The notes under the pieces are model-generated. The model saw only the letters and a list, made by a program, of their open reading frames with translations. It was not told the origin of the DNA and searched no databases. DNA of 52,554 nucleotides, the filler included, from Sphacelaria rigidula (lineage: Eukaryota): the NCBI GenBank assembly GCA_964200075.2. It is 3 parts of 3 records of this genome, joined end to end, with 100 filler letters (N's around TTAATTAATTAA, not from the genome) between each part and the next. Parts side by side here need not be neighbours in the genome. Positions count along the whole stretch, not along the records: positions 35,109 to 52,554 come from CAXNAA020001080.1; 2 more parts are not named here. The stretch is one strand, 5' to 3'. The position numbers and the translations under genes are program-made. Of this stretch, positions 47,584 to 52,554 are shown in pieces (the first letter of the stretch is position 1; the number at the start of each line of letters is the position of its first letter).

Positions 47584-50475
47584 AGGAACTGTACTCCCTC
47601 ATCATGTCTAGCGCGATCTTGATGAAACCAACTCAGAAGACCAGGGTGCCGACGGGAGCAGCGACGCTCCACAACCTGATGGCTACTGGGGTGTCTCTAC
47701 CGAAGAAAGGCTGGTCCCTTCAATAGAGACACCCTGATAGCCATCAGGTCGTGCAGCGTCGCTGCCCCCGTCGGCACCTTGCTCCTCTGAGTGTCTTTGA
47801 TCGAGATCGCAACAGCCTTGACCACAGAATACTGTTCCTCCACTGTAGGGAATGTACTCCCTCACCATGTCTGGTGCCATCTTGATCAAAGACATGCCCG
47901 ACGATGAAGATGCCGACTGGGGCAGCGACGCTCCTCGGCCTAATGGCAACCGGGGTGTCTCTACCGAAGAAAGGCTGGATCCTTCGATAGAAATACCCTG
48001 ATCGCCATCAGGTCATGAACCGTCGCTGCCCCCGCCGGCACCTTGCTCGTAAGAGTGTCTTTGATCAACATCGCAACAGCCTTCATCATAGAGTAAGGTT
48101 CCTCAACAGTAGGAACTGTACTCCCTCATCATGTTTGGTGCAACCTTGATGAATAAGTCAGAAGACCAAGGTGCCGATGGGAGCAGCGACGCTCCACGGC
48201 CTGAGGGCTACCGGGGTGTGAACCAAAAAAAGGCTGGTTCGTTTCATAGAGACACCCTGATAGCCATCAGGTCGTGCAGCGTCGCTGCTCCCGTTGGCAC
48301 CTTGCTCCTCTGAGTGTCTTTGATCAAGATCGCAACAGCCTTGATCACAGAAAATGGTTCTTCAACTGTAGGAACTGTACTCCCTCATCATGTCTGGTGC
48401 AATCTTGATCCAACAAACTCAGAAGACCAACATGCCGACTGGGGCAGCGACGCTCCACGACCTGATGGCAACCGGGGTGTCTCTACCAAAGAAAGGCTGA
48501 ATCCTTTCATAGAGACACCCTGATAGCCATCAGGTCGTGGAGCGTCGCTGCCCCCGTCGGCACCTTGCTCCTCCGAGTGTCTTTGACCAAGATCGCAACA
48601 GCCTTGATCACAGAGTATGGTTCCCTACCTGTAGGAACTGTACTCCCTCATCATGTCTGGTGCCATCTTGATCAAACAAACTCAGAAGACCAAGGTGCCG
48701 ATAGCAGCAGCGACGCTCCACGGCCTGATGGCTACCGGGGTGTCTCTACCAAAGGAAGGCTGGTTCCTTCAATGGAGACACCCTGATAGACATCACGTCG
48801 TGGAGCGTCGCTGCCCCCGTCGGCACCTTGCTCCTCTGCGTGTCTTTGATCGAGACCGCAACAGCCTTGATAACAGAGTATGGTTCCTCATCTATAGGAA
48901 CTGTACATCCCTATCATGTCTGGTGCCATCTTGATCGAACAAACTCAGAGACCAGGGTGCCGATGGGAGCAGCGACGCTCCACGACCTGATGGCTACCGG
49001 GGTATCTCCACCAAAGGAAGGCTGGTTCCTTCAATAGAGACACCCTGATAACCATCACGTCGTGCAGCGTCGCTGCCCCCGTCGGCCCCTTGCTCGTAAG
49101 AGTGTCTTTGATCAAGATCGCAACAGCCTTTATCACAGAACACTGTGCCTTCACTGTAGGAACTGTACCCCGTCATCATGTCTGGTGCCATCTTGATAAA
49201 AGGAACTCAGAAGACCGAGGTGCTGATAAGAGCAGCGACGCTACACGACCTGATGGCTACCGGGGTATCTCTACCAAAGAAAGGCTGGATCCTTCAATAG
49301 AGACACCCTGATAGACATCAGGTCGTGGAGCGTCGCTACTCCCGTCGGCACCTTGCTCCTCTGAGTGTCTTTGACCAAGATCGCAACAGCCTTGATCACA
49401 GAGTATGGTTCCCTACCTGTAGGAACTGTACTCCCTCATCATGTCTGGTGCCATCTTGATCAAACAAACTCAGAAGACCAGGGTGCCGATGGGAGCAGCG
49501 ACGCTCCACGACCTGATGGCTACCGGGGTATCTCTACCAAAGAAAGGCTGGTTCCTTCAATAGACACCCTGATAGCCATCACGTCGTGAAGCGTCGCTGA
49601 CACAGTCGGCACCTTGCTTCTCCGAGTGTCTTTGACCAAGATCGCAACAGCCTTGATCACAGTGTATGGTTCCCTACCTGTAGGAACTGTACTCCCTCAT
49701 CATGTCTGGTGCCATCTTGACAAAACAAACTCAGAAGACCAGGGTGCCGATGGCAGCAGCGACGCTTCACGACCTGATGGCTACCGGGGTGTCTCTACCA
49801 GAGGAAGGCTGGTTCCTTCAATGGAGACACCCTGATAGTCATCACGTCGTGCAGCGTCGCTACTCCCGTCGGCACCTTGCTCCTCTGAGTGTCTTTGATC
49901 AAGATCGCAACAGCCTTGATCACAGAGTATGGTTCCTCATCTACAGGAACTGTACATCCTTATCATGTCTAGCGCGATCTTGATAAAAGAAACTCAGAGA
50001 CCAGGGTGCCGATGGGAGCAGCGACGCTCCACGACCTGATGGCTACCGGGGTGTCTCTACCAGAGGAAGGCTGGTTTCTTCAATAGAGACACCCTGATAG
50101 CCATCACGTCGTGCAGCGTCGCTGCCACAGTCGGCACCTTGCTCCTCTGAATGTCTTTGACCAAGATCGCAACAGCCTTGATCACAGAGTATTCTCCCTC
50201 AAATGTACGAACTGTACTCCCTCGTCATGTCTAGCGCGATCTTCAAAAAGCAAACTCAGAAGACCAAGATGCCGACGGGAGCAGCGACGCTCCACGACCT
50301 GATGGCTACCGGGGTGTCTCTACCAAACGAAGGCTGGTTTCTTCAATAGAGACACCCCGATAGCCATCAAGTCGTGCAGCGTCGCTGCCACAATCGGCAC
50401 CTAGCTCTTCTGAGTGTCTTTGATCAAGATCGCAACAGCCTTGATCACGGAGTATGGTTCCTCAACTGTAGGAAC
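47584..50475. repeat. Tandem array 1: 11 copies of a ~263-bp palindromic unit
   Basis: The unit start AGGAACTGTAC (or a variant) occurs at 47584, ~47848, 48111, 48370, 48633, 48896, 49158, 49421, 49682, 49945, 50207 and 50470. Confidence 0.97.
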
Positions 50476-50755
50476 GTTTTTTTTCTCCCCGCCCACAGAG
50501 AACAGAAAGGAACCTTAGACCATGCTCTTCGCTATTACTAGTTTCGTGCAGCGCTTCGAGTCGCTCCACCCGTCAGACATGCCCGTCAAATGTATGGATA
50601 GGCACCAAGGTGGAAGTGTCCCCCCATCCAGGGACTGTCGGACTTAGAAAAAAAAAAAACGCTGTTCCTCACGGACCAAACCTTTTACGATGTCTCCTAT
50701 CTCGACTCTGTACACGACACACCCTCCCCATCCGGGCGACGGTCCTCAGAACTGT
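50476..50755. repeat. Inter-array spacer (~280 bp), repeated at 52341-52554
   Basis: CCCGCCCACAGAGAACAGAAAGGAACCTTAGACCATGC...CCTCACGGACCAAACCT is nearly identical at both positions. Confidence 0.95.
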
Positions 50756-52340
50756 AAGAACTGTACTCCCTCATCATGTATGGTGCCATCTTGATCAAAG
50801 CCACGCCGGATGATGAAGATGCCGACTGGGGCAGCGCGCTCCACGACCTGATGGCTACCGGGATGTCTCCACCAAAAGAAGGCCAGTTCCTTTCATGGAG
50901 ACACCCTGATAGCCATCAGGTCGTGCAGCGTCGCTGCCCTCGTCGGCACCTTGCTCGTAAGAGTGTCTTTGATCGAGATCGCAACAGCCTTGATCACAGA
51001 GTATGATTTCTCAACCTGTAGGAACTGTACTCCTTCATCATGTCTGGTGCCATCTTGATGAAAAAAACTCAGAAGACCAAGGTGCCGATGGGAGCAGCGA
51101 CGCTCCACGACCTGATGGCTACCGGGGTATCTCCACCAAAGGAGGGTTGGTTTCTTCAATAGAGACACCCTGATAGCCATCACGTCGTGCAGCGTCGCTG
51201 CCCCCCTCTGCACCTTGCTCCTCTGAGTGTCTTTGATCAAGATCGCAACAGCCTTGATCACAGAACACTGTGCCTTCACTGTAGGAACTGTACCCCCTCA
51301 TCATGTCTGGTGCCATCTTGATCAAACAAACTCAGAAGACCAACATGCCGACTGGGGCAGCGACGCTCCACGACCTGATGGCAACCGGGGTGTCTCTACC
51401 GAAGGAAGGCTGGTTCCCTCGATAGAGACACCCTGATAGACATCACGTCGTGGAGCGTCGCTGCCCCCGTCGGCACCTTGCTCCTCTGAGTGTCTTTGAC
51501 CAAGATCGCAACAGCCTTTATCACAGAACACTGTGCCTCAACTGTAGGAACTGTACCCCCTCATCATGTCTGGTGCCATCTTGATCAAACAAACTCAGAA
51601 GACCAAGGTGCCGATGGCAGCAGCGACACTCCACGACCTGATGGCTACCGGGGTGTCTCCACCAAAGGAAGGCTGGTTCCTTCAATGGAGACACCCTGAT
51701 AGACATCACGTCGTGGAGCGTCGCTGCCCCCGTCGGCACCTTTGTCCTCTGAGTGTCTTTGACCAAGATCGCAACAGCCTTGATCACAGAACACTGTGCC
51801 TCAACTATAGGAACTGTACCCCGTCATCATGTCTGGTGCCATCTTGATCAAACAAACTCAGAAGACCAAGGTGCCGATGGGAGCAGCGACGCTCCACGAC
51901 CTGATGGCTACCGGGGTATCTCCACCAAAGGAAGGCTGGCTCCTTCAATAGAGACACCCTGATAGCCATCACGTCGTGGAGCGTCGCTGCCCCCGTCGGC
52001 ACCTTGCTCGTAAGAGTGTCTTTGATGAAGATCGCAACAGCCTTGATCACAGAACACTGTGCCTCAACTGTAGGAACTGTACCCCGTCATCAGGTCTGGT
52101 GCCATCTTGATAAAACAAACTCAGAAGACCGAGGTGCTGATAAGAGCAGCGACGCTCCACGACCTGATGGCTACCGGGGTGTCTCCACCAAAGAAAGGCT
52201 GGTTCCTTCAATAGAAACACCCCGATAGCCATCAAGTCGTGTAGCGTCGCTGCCACAATCGGCACCTTGCTCCTCCAAGTGTCTTTGATCAAGATCGCAA
52301 CAGCCTTGATCACGGAGTATGGTTCCTCAACTGTAGGAAC
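50756..52340. repeat. Tandem array 2: 6 copies of the ~263-bp palindromic unit
   Basis: Unit starts at 50756, 51020, 51283, 51546, 51809, 52072 and 52335. Confidence 0.97.
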
Positions 52341-52554
52341 GTTTCGTTTTTTCCCGCCCACAGAGAACAGAAAGGAACCTTAGACCATGCCCTTCGCTAT
52401 TACTTGTTTCGTGCCGCGCTTCGAGTCGCTCCACCCGTCAGACATGCCCGTCAAATGTATGGATAGGCACCAAGGTGGGAGTGTCCCCCCATCCAGGGAC
52501 TGTCGGACTTGGAAAAAAAAAAAAAAACGCTTTCCCTCACGGACCAAACCTCCT
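52341..52554. repeat. Second copy of the spacer (runs off the window)
   Basis: Colinear with 50476-50685. Confidence 0.93.

Noticed and set aside
47584-52340. Repeated 69-93 aa ORFs (MSLIKIATALITE...) as a tandem gene family
   Set aside because: The unit length (259-264, mostly 263) is generally not a multiple of 3. Most starts are GTG/TTG, indels shift frames between copies, and similar ORFs arise on both strands because of the palindrome.
47584-52340. Hammerhead ribozyme / retrozyme
   Set aside because: No CUGANGA...GAAA core was found by eye in the consensus on either strand, only CUGAUGG, CUGAUAG and CUGAGU. Other ribozyme classes are not excluded without a covariance search.
47584-52554. 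CRISPR array
   Set aside because: There are no unique spacers between short repeats, the whole unit is repeated, no cas genes are present and the context is eukaryotic.

Overview
Eukaryotic, intron-rich genomic DNA that looks like a brown alga (Phaeophyceae). The taxon is an inference from gene style, GT49 content and repeat types. Contents in order: (1) a minus-strand coiled-coil/low-complexity gene (3425-6673). (2) A large plus-strand gene (~6800/7716-14845). Its exons splice in consistent phase into one ~1600-1700 aa protein with two tandem GT49 (LARGE/B4GAT1-type) glycosyltransferase domains, a PL14 (alginate-lyase)-like domain and a PAPS sulfotransferase domain. (3) The 3' exons of Peter Pan/SSF1. 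(4) A complete 9-exon 26S proteasome RPN2/PSMD1 gene. (5) A repeat-rich distal third with tRNA-derived SINEs, foldback MITEs, degenerate minisatellites and an orphan SAP-domain exon. (6) At 47584-52554, an array of ~263-bp units (11 + 6 copies separated by a repeated ~280-bp spacer), each a gap-free imperfect palindrome that would fold into a closed rod. Three N-gaps are assembly artefacts. All calls are by eye; no searches were run.
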